Assembly: GCA_007693605.1 (NCBI GenBank)
Contig: REDG01000063.1
Coordinates: 1 to 34,901 of the forward strand
DNA: 34,901 nucleotides
Origin: Bradymonadales bacterium
GTDB lineage: Bacteria > Bdellovibrionota > UBA2394
Direction: 5' to 3'
A program made the position numbers and the translations under genes. Shown here in pieces: positions 26,739 to 34,901 of this stretch (positions are counted from its first letter, which is position 1; each line of letters opens with the position of its first letter). The notes under the pieces are model-generated. The model searched no databases. It was not told the DNA's origin and saw nothing but the letters and a program-made list of their open reading frames with translations.

Positions 26739-29375
26739 TTAGCCCGGAGGCAATGCCTTGAGGTGCTCTTCGATTTGTTGCAGTAGATTCTCTTTGGTCA
26801 AGGCGTCTGTATTTTGTCCCCCGACTTGGGCAAAGTCTGGCCTGCCGCCCCCCTTGCCATCCAGTAGCTTTCCTAATCGATCTACAAACTTCTTCATCTC
26901 AAACTGAGAAGCGAGAGATTTCGAAACATTCACAATCACGCTGGCTTTTCCATCTTTCTTAAAGCCCAAAACGACAAGACCCTCTTTCATTCTGTTCAGA
27001 TAGTCATCGGCAAACTCTCGAAGCTCCTTTGCCGAATCCACTTCAAGAATATCAAGAATCACCGAACGAGACTGAATCTCATGCATCAAAGACTTCCAGT
27101 CTTTCGATTGACCCTCGTGAGATCTTTGCTGAAGCTTCTTCTGAAGTTCTGCTCGCTCTTTCAATAGCTTCTCAACTCGAAGAAGCAGCTCTTTCTTTGG
27201 AGCTTTTAGCTTTTCGGCTAGATCTTCCAAAAGCTTCTCTTCTGCTTGAATATGATCGAGAGCCGCCTGCCCTGTAACCGCGACAATTCGCCGCACTCCT
27301 GACGCGACACTCGATTCTTGAACGATCTTAAAAAGCCCAGCCTCCGCCAGACTTTCTGCATGAGTGCCCCCACACAGCTCAATTGAAAAGTCTCCAATTC
27401 TCAAAACGCGAACAACCGAAGAATACTTGTCTTCAAAAAAGGCCTTTGCCCCCGAAGCCAGCGCGTCTTCGATTTTCTCTTCTCGGATTTCAAGTTTAGG
27501 ATTTTCTCGAATTCTTTGATTACAAAACTCTTCCAGCTGCAGAAGCTCTTCTTTGCTCAAAGCCTTAAAGTGAGAGAAATCAAATCGAAGATAATCCGCA
27601 CAAACCAGACTACCCGCCTGTTTCACATGATCCCCCAAAATGCGGTGCAAGCCCGCATGTAGAACATGCGTCATCGTGTGATGAATTCTGGTTCTCATTC
27701 TGGTTTCTCGATCAACCGTCGCTTTGACGGCATCCCCTCGCCTGAGAACGCCCTCTCGCAAACGGCCCACCAAGACAGCATAGTTCTCAGCAGGCTTTAA
27801 GCAGTCCTCTACTTCAAAGAGGGCCGATGCTGAGCGGAGAAGACCTCGATCTCCCACTTGACCCCCAGATTCCGCATAAAAAGGAGAGCGATCGATCACG
27901 AGCTGAACCAGACCTTCTGAGTTCAAACTCTCAAGCTCCTTCCCGTCCTGAATCAGACTGAGAACTTGGGCGTCTTCTTCAAGGCTCTGGTAGCCAGTGA
28001 ATTTAGTCTGGAGCCCTCGCTGGGCAAGTGCTTGGTAGAGCTGGGCGTTTTGTTCTTGTGCCGCCCCTTTCCAAGACGCGCGGCTTCTCTCCCGCTGGCG
28101 CTCTAAGGCCCGGTCAAAAGCTTCTTGATCAAGACTCAAGGACTTCTCTCGAAGAATGCTCTCTGTCAGATCGAGAGGAAAGCCATAAGTGTCATAAAGC
28201 TGGAAAGCAAGCTCCCCAGACAAGACTCCTGATTTCGGCAAATTCTGTGTGTGCTCTTCAAGAAGCTTTAGTCCGGAATCTAGGGTCTCAAAAAACTTCT
28301 CTTCTTCGTGAAAAATAATCTTTTCGATCGCCGATCTGTTCTGCTTCAACTCTGGATAGGCGTCTCCCATTTCTTTCACCAAAGCTTTTACGCCGTGGTG
28401 AAAGAAGGGCTTTGTCTGTCCGAGACTCCGACCATAACGAACGGCCCGTCTTAAAATCCTTCGAAGCACATAGCCTCGCCCCTCATTACTCGGTTGGACG
28501 CCATCTGAGATCAAAAAACTTACCGATCGAATATGATCCGTCAAAACTCGAAGAGCCGTCTCAGTAGCAGCAGAGTCTTGCCTCGACACAGCAAGAGATC
28601 TTTCAAAGCCTGAGAGTATCGAATTCATCGAGTCAATTTCGTAGTTACTGGCACAATCTTGAAGAATGCTGGCAAGCCGCTCTAGCCCCATTCCTGTATC
28701 TACCGACGGCTTAGGCAGAGGCTTTCGGCTGCCATCCGAAAAGCTCTCGTATTGCATAAAGACAAGATTCCAAACTTCTAAATATCGCTCACCGCCATCA
28801 AAGATACTTTCTCCGGGTTTGCCAAAATCGGGGCCCCGATCGAAATAAATCTCAGAACAGGGTCCGCAGGGGCCGGTTTCTCCCATCGCCCAGAAATTGT
28901 CTTCTAACCCCATTCGAACCACTCGATCTTTTGGCAGCCCTACTGTCTTTTGCCAAAGCTCAAAAGCTTCGTCATCTTCTTCGAAGACCGAGGCCCAAAG
29001 CCGATCTTTGGGCAGCTTCAAAACTTCTGTGAGAAACTCCCAGGCAAACTCGATGGCCTCTTTCTTAAAATAGTCGCCAAAGGAAAAATTCCCCAGCATT
29101 TCAAAGAAGGTGTGATGGCGCTTGGTAAAGCCCACGCTCTCTAAGTCATTGTGCTTGCCCCCAGCACGGACACATTTTTGGCAGGTGGTGACTCGACTAA
29201 ACTCGGCAGTCTCTTTACCCGTAAAATAGTCTTTGAATTGAACCATTCCGGCGTTGGTAAACAAGAGAGTCGGGTCTTGACTTGGAATGAGGGGAGAAGA
29301 TCGCTGCCTCTGATGCCCCTTTGATTCAAAATAGGACAGAAACTTCTCTCGAATTTCGTTTACAGAATTCGACAT
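26739..29375 (-). CDS. alaS: Alanine--tRNA ligase
   Basis: LLFTNAGMVQFK, HHTFFEMLGNFSFGDYFK, DTGMGLER, editing HTMTH...ELCGGTH, GKGGGRPDFAQ. Confidence 0.98.
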   Translation of the reverse strand: MSNSVNEIREKFLSYFESKGHQRQRSSPLIPSQDPTLLFTNAGMVQFKDYFTGKETAEFSRVTTCQKCVRAGGKHNDLESVGFTKRHHTFFEMLGNFSFGDYFKKEAIEFAWEFLTEVLKLPKDRLWASVFEEDDEAFELWQKTVGLPKDRVVRMGLEDNFWAMGETGPCGPCSEIYFDRGPDFGKPGESIFDGGERYLEVWNLVFMQYESFSDGSRKPLPKPSVDTGMGLERLASILQDCASNYEIDSMNSILSGFERSLAVSRQDSAATETALRVLTDHIRSVSFLISDGVQPSNEGRGYVLRRILRRAVRYGRSLGQTKPFFHHGVKALVKEMGDAYPELKQNRSAIEKIIFHEEEKFFETLDSGLKLLEEHTQNLPKSGVLSGELAFQLYDTYGFPLDLTESILREKSLSLDQEAFDRALERQRERSRASWKGAAQEQNAQLYQALAQRGLQTKFTGYQSLEEDAQVLSLIQDGKELESLNSEGLVQLVIDRSPFYAESGGQVGDRGLLRSASALFEVEDCLKPAENYAVLVGRLREGVLRRGDAVKATVDRETRMRTRIHHTMTHVLHAGLHRILGDHVKQAGSLVCADYLRFDFSHFKALSKEELLQLEEFCNQRIRENPKLEIREEKIEDALASGAKAFFEDKYSSVVRVLRIGDFSIELCGGTHAESLAEAGLFKIVQESSVASGVRRIVAVTGQAALDHIQAEEKLLEDLAEKLKAPKKELLLRVEKLLKERAELQKKLQQRSHEGQSKDWKSLMHEIQSRSVILDILEVDSAKELREFADDYLNRMKEGLVVLGFKKDGKASVIVNVSKSLASQFEMKKFVDRLGKLLDGKGGGRPDFAQVGGQNTDALTKENLLQQIEEHLKALPPG

Positions 29376-29496
29376 GCCTCTAACCTAGCAAAGCTTTGAG
29401 GGACTCCAAAGCCAAATCCCTTCCAATGAAGCCGCCTCCACTAGCAAACTCCCCGCAGACTCATGGGCATGATTATTTCGAGACATCCGCTGGGGA

Positions 29497-29653
29497 CCGC
29501 CGAAGTAGATGGGCCCTTAGCGCTTCATGGGGACTGGCGATAAGGGTCCAGATGCGAGAAGGCAAGAAGCGAGCATCGCAGTGTGGTTGTGATGCCACTC
29601 GAGAAGCGCAGCGACGCAGCCGCCGAAGTAGATGGGCCCTTAGCGCCAGTCCC
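29497..29653 (+). repeat. Intergenic repeat family, most complete copy (copy D): 21-bp terminal inverted arms plus an upstream duplicated arm
   Basis: Arms 29530-29550 and 29633-29653 match at 19/21. There is a 27-bp perfect direct repeat at 29497-29523 and 29620-29646 (period 123). The right end abuts the lon stop codon. Confidence 0.92.
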
Positions 29654-32080
29654 TTAGTGGACTGGGGGTTGAGTGTGCAATCTAGACCCCCCCGATCGAG
29701 GTCGGCTTTTCTTGCGCGATCCGGTCGACTCTAAAGACCGAATGAGACCAATGTCTAAAACCTCATCAATGTGTTCAACCAAATGAATGTTCAGCTTTGA
29801 GCGAACATGTTTCGGAATATCCACGAGGTCTTTCTCGTTAAATCGAGGCAAAACCAATTCAAAGACATCTTGTCGAACAGCTGCCAACACCTTCTCTTTG
29901 ATTCCTCCCACCGGAAGCGCTCGACCCAAGAGAGTGATCTCACCTGTCATCGCCACTTTCCGACTGACCGGAATTCCAGTCACCAGAGAAATCAAGGCTG
30001 TACAAATTGCAAGTCCTGCTGACGGTCCATCTTTCGGAACAGCTCCAGAGGGGAAGTGAATATGAATATCATTCTCTGAGAAAAAATTCTTTGGCAGATG
30101 CAATCGCTCAGCTTGAGTTTTCACATAAGAGATGGCCGCTTGAGCCGACTCCTTCATCACATCTCCAAGAGAGCCGGTGAGGTTCAGATTCCCTTTCCCC
30201 GGCACATAAGAGGCCTCCATGATCAGGGTCTCGCCCCCGGTCTCGGTCCAAGCAAGTCCCGTAACGACACCCACCTGATCTTCTTGGCGCAAAGGATCGG
30301 GTATCACTTTCTCAGGCCCTAGCATTTGAACGACCTGCTTTGGCCCAATCTTTCTTGGCTTGAAGTTCACTTCTTCTGAGGCCTTCTTTCTTGCAACTTT
30401 TCGACAGATCGACGCAATTTCTCTTTCAAAATTTCGAAGCCCTGCTTCTCGAGTATAAGATTGAATAATCAGTCTAATAGCGGCATCTCCGATGGAAACA
30501 TCCCCCTCATCTAAGCCGTTTTCTTTTCGTTGCTTGGGAATTAGAAACTTCTTTGCGATCTGCAGCTTGTCTTCCATAGTATAGCCACTCAGCCGAATCA
30601 CTTCCATTCGATCGCGAAGTGGCCCGGGTATCGTGTCTAGGCTGTTGGCGGTGCAGATAAACATCACATTCGAGAGATCAACCGGCAAGTTCACATAATG
30701 ATCTCGAAAGCTATTGTTTTGCTCTGGGTCGAGCACCTCTAAGAGAGCAGATGCTGGGTCACCTCGATAGTCTGAACCCAACTTGTCAATCTCATCGAGA
30801 ACAAATACCGGATTGTTCGTCTGAGCGATTTTTAGTCCCTGAATCACCCGACCCGGCATGGCTCCGACATAGGTTCGACGGTGGCCTCGAATCTCTGATT
30901 CATCTTTGATGCCGCCCATACTCATACGAATAAACTTTCGGCCCATGGCGCGAGCGATGCTCTTGCCCAAAGAAGTTTTTCCGACACCCGGAGGTCCGAC
31001 AAAGCAAAGAATCGGGCCCTTGATAGACTTCTTAAGTTTACAAACACCGAGATGGTCAAGAATCCTGTCTTTAATCTTCTCCAGATCAAAATGATCTTCA
31101 TCTAAGACTCGTTTGGAGTCATCGAGGTCTAGCTTGTCTTTTGAGCTTTTGCTCCACGGAATTTCTACCATCCAATCAAGGTAGGTTCGAATAATCGAAG
31201 CTTCTGCCGAATCGTTGTGCATATTTTCTAACCGTTTCAGCTGCTTAAGAGCCTCTCTTTCGGCATCCTCAGACATTTTGGAGGCAACAATTCGAGACCG
31301 CAACTCTTCGACCTCTTCAATTTTGGAATCAGAGTCACCTAGTTCTGATCGTATCGCTCTCATTTGTTCGCGAAGAAAGTATTCTCGCTGCGTTCGGCTC
31401 ATCTCATCTTTGGCCTGAGATTGAATTCTCGATTGCATTTCTAAAACTTCAATCTCGCGCGTGAGGGCATCATGAACTTTTCTTAGTCTATCGATAGGAT
31501 CGGTCGACTCCAGAATCGACTGACTTTCTTGCGTTTTGAGGCCGAGATTGCTCGCCACCAGATCCGCCAGCCGACCGGGGTCTGCAATTTCATCCAGAAC
31601 GACCAGAATATCTGGCGACAAAACTTTCCCCATTGAAATGACTCTCTCAAGAAGGGCTTTCACATTTCGAATGAGAGCTTCGGCCTCTAAAGATCTCTCT
31701 TCCCAAGGGTCGTCTGTAATTCGATCAATACTTACGGAAAAGTGTGGGTGCTCCCCCTTGAAATCTTTAATGCGGCCCTTGAGCAGACCTTGCACAAGAA
31801 TTTTTATCTTCCCGTCTTCGGGCAGTTTGTTCATTCGCATGATCATCCCCACGCAACCAATGGGGTGAATATTATCAGCCGTTGGGTTTTCCTCTTCGGT
31901 ATCCTTCTGAGCGGCCAAGAAAAGGAGTCGATCCTTGTTTAAAGCCTCATTCACCGCATTGATGGATGAAGTGCGCCCTACAAAAAGAGGGAGAATCATA
32001 TAGGGATAAATCACCACATCCCGAACGGGCAAAAGAGGTAATGTTTCAGGAATCTGGAGCTGATCGTGATCGTTGGCCAT
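29654..32080 (-). CDS. lon: ATP-dependent Lon protease (paralogue 2)
   Basis: LPLLPVRDVV, GPPGVGKT, HRRTYVGAMPG, catalytic PKDGPSAG and VGGIKEK. Confidence 0.97.
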   Translation of the reverse strand: MANDHDQLQIPETLPLLPVRDVVIYPYMILPLFVGRTSSINAVNEALNKDRLLFLAAQKDTEEENPTADNIHPIGCVGMIMRMNKLPEDGKIKILVQGLLKGRIKDFKGEHPHFSVSIDRITDDPWEERSLEAEALIRNVKALLERVISMGKVLSPDILVVLDEIADPGRLADLVASNLGLKTQESQSILESTDPIDRLRKVHDALTREIEVLEMQSRIQSQAKDEMSRTQREYFLREQMRAIRSELGDSDSKIEEVEELRSRIVASKMSEDAEREALKQLKRLENMHNDSAEASIIRTYLDWMVEIPWSKSSKDKLDLDDSKRVLDEDHFDLEKIKDRILDHLGVCKLKKSIKGPILCFVGPPGVGKTSLGKSIARAMGRKFIRMSMGGIKDESEIRGHRRTYVGAMPGRVIQGLKIAQTNNPVFVLDEIDKLGSDYRGDPASALLEVLDPEQNNSFRDHYVNLPVDLSNVMFICTANSLDTIPGPLRDRMEVIRLSGYTMEDKLQIAKKFLIPKQRKENGLDEGDVSIGDAAIRLIIQSYTREAGLRNFEREIASICRKVARKKASEEVNFKPRKIGPKQVVQMLGPEKVIPDPLRQEDQVGVVTGLAWTETGGETLIMEASYVPGKGNLNLTGSLGDVMKESAQAAISYVKTQAERLHLPKNFFSENDIHIHFPSGAVPKDGPSAGLAICTALISLVTGIPVSRKVAMTGEITLLGRALPVGGIKEKVLAAVRQDVFELVLPRFNEKDLVDIPKHVRSKLNIHLVEHIDEVLDIGLIRSLESTGSRKKSRPRSGGSRLHTQPPVH

Positions 32081-32211
32081 ATTCCTATGGTACCAGCTTG
32101 GATGAAAGGCAGCGAAGCACCAAAAACTTGCTCAGCGCGATAACACCAATGAAAAATTTGCGGACTTGGGTCGGCGCATCATTTCAAATCACTGGTAGAA
32201 TAAGGTTTCAG

Positions 32212-33390
32212 ATGGAACTCAACGATATTTTGAAAATTGCGATTAAGGCGAACGCCTCGGATATCCACATCAAGGCCGGCTTGCCGCCCACATTTAGAAT
32301 TGATGGATCGCTGGTCGCCTTAAACAATGCCCCTCGGATGACGCCCGAACAAATTTCGAAGATTTCGCAGGCGATGCTCAACCCGCAGCAACGGCTCCGC
32401 TTTCAGGAGTTCAACGAGGTTGATTTGGCATACGGTGTGCCTGGCTTGGGTCGTTTTCGGGTGAATCTTTTTCAGCAGCGAGGCGTCAACGGAATGGTCC
32501 TTCGCGTGATTCCTTATTTAGTAAAAACGATTCAGGAGCTTCACCTGCCAGAAATTCTTGAGAAAATTGCCTTGAATGAAAGAGGCCTTATTCTTGTCAC
32601 GGGCGCCACAGGCAGCGGCAAGTCTACCTCTCTGGCTGCGATGGTTGACCATATCAACGAAAAGAGAGCCTGCCACATCGTGACCATCGAAGAGCCAATC
32701 GAATATCTGTTGAAGGATCGAAACTCCATCATCAACCAGCGAGAGGTTGGGGTTGATACTCAGGCCTTTCATTTGGCTTTGCGAGCAGCGCTTCGTCAAG
32801 ATCCGGATGTCATTCTAGTCGGAGAGATGCGTGACGCCGAAACCATTGAAACTGCTCTCTCAGCCGCTGAAACCGGACATCTTGTCTTGAGCACTCTTCA
32901 CACTACCGATGCGGTCGAAACGATCAGCCGAATCATTTCTGCCTTTCCTCCTTATCAACAAACGCAGGTAAGACTGCAGCTGGCGTCCGTCATAAAGGCC
33001 GTAATTTCTCAAAGGCTGGTGCCAAAAAAGGCCGGCGAAGGCAGAGTGCCCGCATTAGAGATTCTCGTAAACAACGCGAGAGTTCGGGAGCTCATCGAAG
33101 ATCCAATGAGAACCAAAGAGATTCATCAAACGATCTCTGAGAGTTATACTTCTTACGGAATGCAAACCTTCGATCAGTCTTTGATGCAGCTGGTTTCAGG
33201 GGACTTGATCTCTTATGAAGAGGCACTTCGACAGTCTTCGAATCCCCATGATTTCGCGCTACGATTTTCTGGAGTACAGTCAGGAAACAACACCACCTGG
33301 GACGCCTTCGAAGAGAATATGCGCCAAGAACAATCCGGCGAGCTTTTACCTCCGTCTGAAGACCTCGAAACAACCAAAGTTAAGAAGTAG
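32212..33390 (+). CDS. pilT: Type IV pilus retraction ATPase, PilT/PilU family
   Basis: ASDIHI, GRFRVN, Walker A GATGSGKS, TIEEPIE, LRQDPDVILVGEMRD, His box TGHLVLSTLHT, GMQTFDQSL. Start MELNDIL at 32212. Confidence 0.88.
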   Translation: MELNDILKIAIKANASDIHIKAGLPPTFRIDGSLVALNNAPRMTPEQISKISQAMLNPQQRLRFQEFNEVDLAYGVPGLGRFRVNLFQQRGVNGMVLRVIPYLVKTIQELHLPEILEKIALNERGLILVTGATGSGKSTSLAAMVDHINEKRACHIVTIEEPIEYLLKDRNSIINQREVGVDTQAFHLALRAALRQDPDVILVGEMRDAETIETALSAAETGHLVLSTLHTTDAVETISRIISAFPPYQQTQVRLQLASVIKAVISQRLVPKKAGEGRVPALEILVNNARVRELIEDPMRTKEIHQTISESYTSYGMQTFDQSLMQLVSGDLISYEEALRQSSNPHDFALRFSGVQSGNNTTWDAFEENMRQEQSGELLPPSEDLETTKVKK

Positions 33391-33542
33391 CATTCACTCT
33401 CGTTGAGAGACTCATTTTGTTTTATTCGCAAGCTGCAGTCCTTTTAGGTTGTTCCAATCGACCTTAAAACTCAGGTTTTTCAGGCCCTTATCAAAGAATG
33501 CTAGGCGGCAAGAGGTCGTCTGATAAAATGAGGGTGTTCAAA

Positions 33543-34376
33543 ATGAAGACCCTTAGTTCCAGGAAAAAGAGGAAGCCCTTGCGTCGGATCAACCCTCCGA
33601 GTGGTTTTCATCGCCTACGATCTTTTGTGCGAGATGTGGGCTTTGATGCTCTGAACACCTTTCGCTACTTTCGTTATAACTTGAGTCTGAAAAGTCATCG
33701 GGAATTTCATTTTTCTAAAGAGTCAACTGAACCTCCGGTAGTCTTGTTGCAGGGCTTTTTGGGCAGCTCTTCAGTTTTGCGCCCACTTGATCTTTATCTA
33801 CAAGAAAACGGGCGAAATGTATTTTTGATTGATTTAGGGCTCGTGAACATTCGAGATATTCGAGAGTCAGCCGAGACTCTGTTGTTTGAGATCGAACGAA
33901 TTATGGATGATTACTCCAAACGATTTGGATTCAAAAAAATTGATATCGTGGCTCATAGTATGGGGGGATTGATCGCCCTCTACTATATTCGAAAACTTGG
34001 GGGTCATCGGCTGATTCGAAATCTGGTCACCCTTGGAACTCCCTTTCGAGGCACTTATGCTGCAGGCTTCGGAGTAGCCCTGTTTGGTCTGGTTTCAAAG
34101 GGAGTTTGGCAGATGCTCCCCAACTCAAGCCTGCTTCAGGAGCTACAAGAAACAGGGGGTGAGCCACAAAAGACTCGTATCGTATCGCTTGCCGCGCAAG
34201 GAGATACGCTTTGCCCACCGGCGAGTTGCTTTTTGAAGGGAGCCATTAATCGCATTGTGCCTTTGGGGCATGCCAGTCTTTTGATGGACTCTCGAGTCTT
34301 TCGAAGTCTTATCTCGTTTTTAAGCGATCGACACGACAACACAAATGTGGTTGCTTTCGACCATTTTCGAACTTAA
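33543..34376 (+). CDS. Alpha/beta-hydrolase (lipase/esterase)
   Basis: PVVLLQG, nucleophile AHSMGG, LGTPFRGT, candidate catalytic D (QGDT) and H (GHASL). Start uncertain (33498, 33528 or 33543). Confidence 0.85.
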   Translation: MKTLSSRKKRKPLRRINPPSGFHRLRSFVRDVGFDALNTFRYFRYNLSLKSHREFHFSKESTEPPVVLLQGFLGSSSVLRPLDLYLQENGRNVFLIDLGLVNIRDIRESAETLLFEIERIMDDYSKRFGFKKIDIVAHSMGGLIALYYIRKLGGHRLIRNLVTLGTPFRGTYAAGFGVALFGLVSKGVWQMLPNSSLLQELQETGGEPQKTRIVSLAAQGDTLCPPASCFLKGAINRIVPLGHASLLMDSRVFRSLISFLSDRHDNTNVVAFDHFRT

Positions 34377-34388
34377 ATCAGCTCGGAT

Positions 34389-34706
34389 ATGATAAAGAAA
34401 ACTCTCAGCGGCCTGCTGCAAGCCGGGGGCTGCGTGCTGATTCTGTTTATCTTGGCTTCTCCGATTGGATTTTGGTCTGATCAGATGACCGCCAACTATC
34501 TCAAGTCAGAGATTCTAAAGGCAGAGGAAGGTAGCATCTATCCAAGCTTTCCGGTGGAGGATCTTCGGCCCGAAGAAATCGAAATCAAGGTCTTTAAAAG
34601 ACTAAGGGGGGATTTTGTCTTGGAGTTTCGAAGACCGCCCTTTCGGACTCAGCGCTGGACCATCAACCAGTACACGAAGGAACTCATTCCCTGGGAGGGC
34701 TCATAG
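34389..34706 (+). CDS. Hypothetical small protein with N-terminal transmembrane segment
   Basis: 105-aa ORF 12 bp after the lipase on the same strand, with hydrophobic GCVLILFILASPIGFW. Confidence 0.6.
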   Translation: MIKKTLSGLLQAGGCVLILFILASPIGFWSDQMTANYLKSEILKAEEGSIYPSFPVEDLRPEEIEIKVFKRLRGDFVLEFRRPPFRTQRWTINQYTKELIPWEGS

Positions 34707-34711
34707 AGTTG

Positions 34712-34846
34712 GATGGGCCCTAGCAATCCATGGGAGTGGCGATAAGGGTCCAGATGCGAGAAGGCAAGAAGCGAGCATCGCAGTGTGGTTAAAATGCCAC
34801 TCGAGAAGCGCAGCGACGCAGCCGCCGAAGTAGATGGGCCCTTAGC
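34712..34846 (+). repeat. Intergenic repeat family (copy E)
   Basis: 34737-34846 is 107/110 identical to 29535-29644. It is preceded by a degenerate arm GATGGGCCCTAGC. Confidence 0.92.
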
Positions 34847-34901
34847 TGGGCTAGTTAGCTAACGCGTTGACATTGGAACACTGCGTGAGAAGCAGAAGGT
34901 C

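Noticed and set aside
29497..29653. CRISPR array from the 27-bp direct repeat (also the 34-bp repeat at 1-176)
   Set aside because: Only two copies each. The intervening 96 or 108 bp is too long for a spacer, the 29.5 kb 'spacer' is itself repeated at 34.7 kb, and there are no cas genes.
29396..29734. ORF-track 112-aa ORF, and 72-aa ORF at 34615-34833 sharing the peptide RWAL
   Set aside because: Both are translations of the non-coding repeat in different frames.
34847..34901. 3' end of a minus-strand gene at the window edge
   Set aside because: All three minus frames are open until stops near 34851-34861; too short to choose a frame or product.

Overview
Bacterial chromosomal segment. The gene set (two Lon paralogues, an orphan PilT-like ATPase, an LpoA/LppC-type lipoprotein, DciA) looks Bdellovibrionota/deltaproteobacterial-like; this is inference, not a database match. 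Bases 1-3.3 kb form a small accessory islet: a tRNA-Ser 3'-end fragment inside a 142-bp-period repeat, an AbiEi/AbiEii type IV toxin-antitoxin pair and a convergent AAA_14+DUF4143 ATPase, with palindromes over both promoters. The rest is mostly housekeeping: S8 protease, dnaX-cutA-lon-purH-purD-DUF1015, dciA, lat plus an aldehyde dehydrogenase, hemW-grpE-dnaK-lipoprotein, rlmE-bamD-TPR, alaS, a second lon, a pilT-like gene and a lipase. The most distinctive unannotated structure is a family of intergenic palindromic mosaic repeats (arm GATGGGCCCTTAGCG) at five loci. Two copies are 107/110 identical and differ only in a hairpin loop. Also notable are an unannotated 42-aa membrane sORF, several apparently leaderless genes and a head-to-head overlap of hemW and rlmE. 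I see no CRISPR array, full RNA gene, integrase or transposase, and no clearly new multi-gene system; the repeat family and the tRNA-linked islet are the best candidates.
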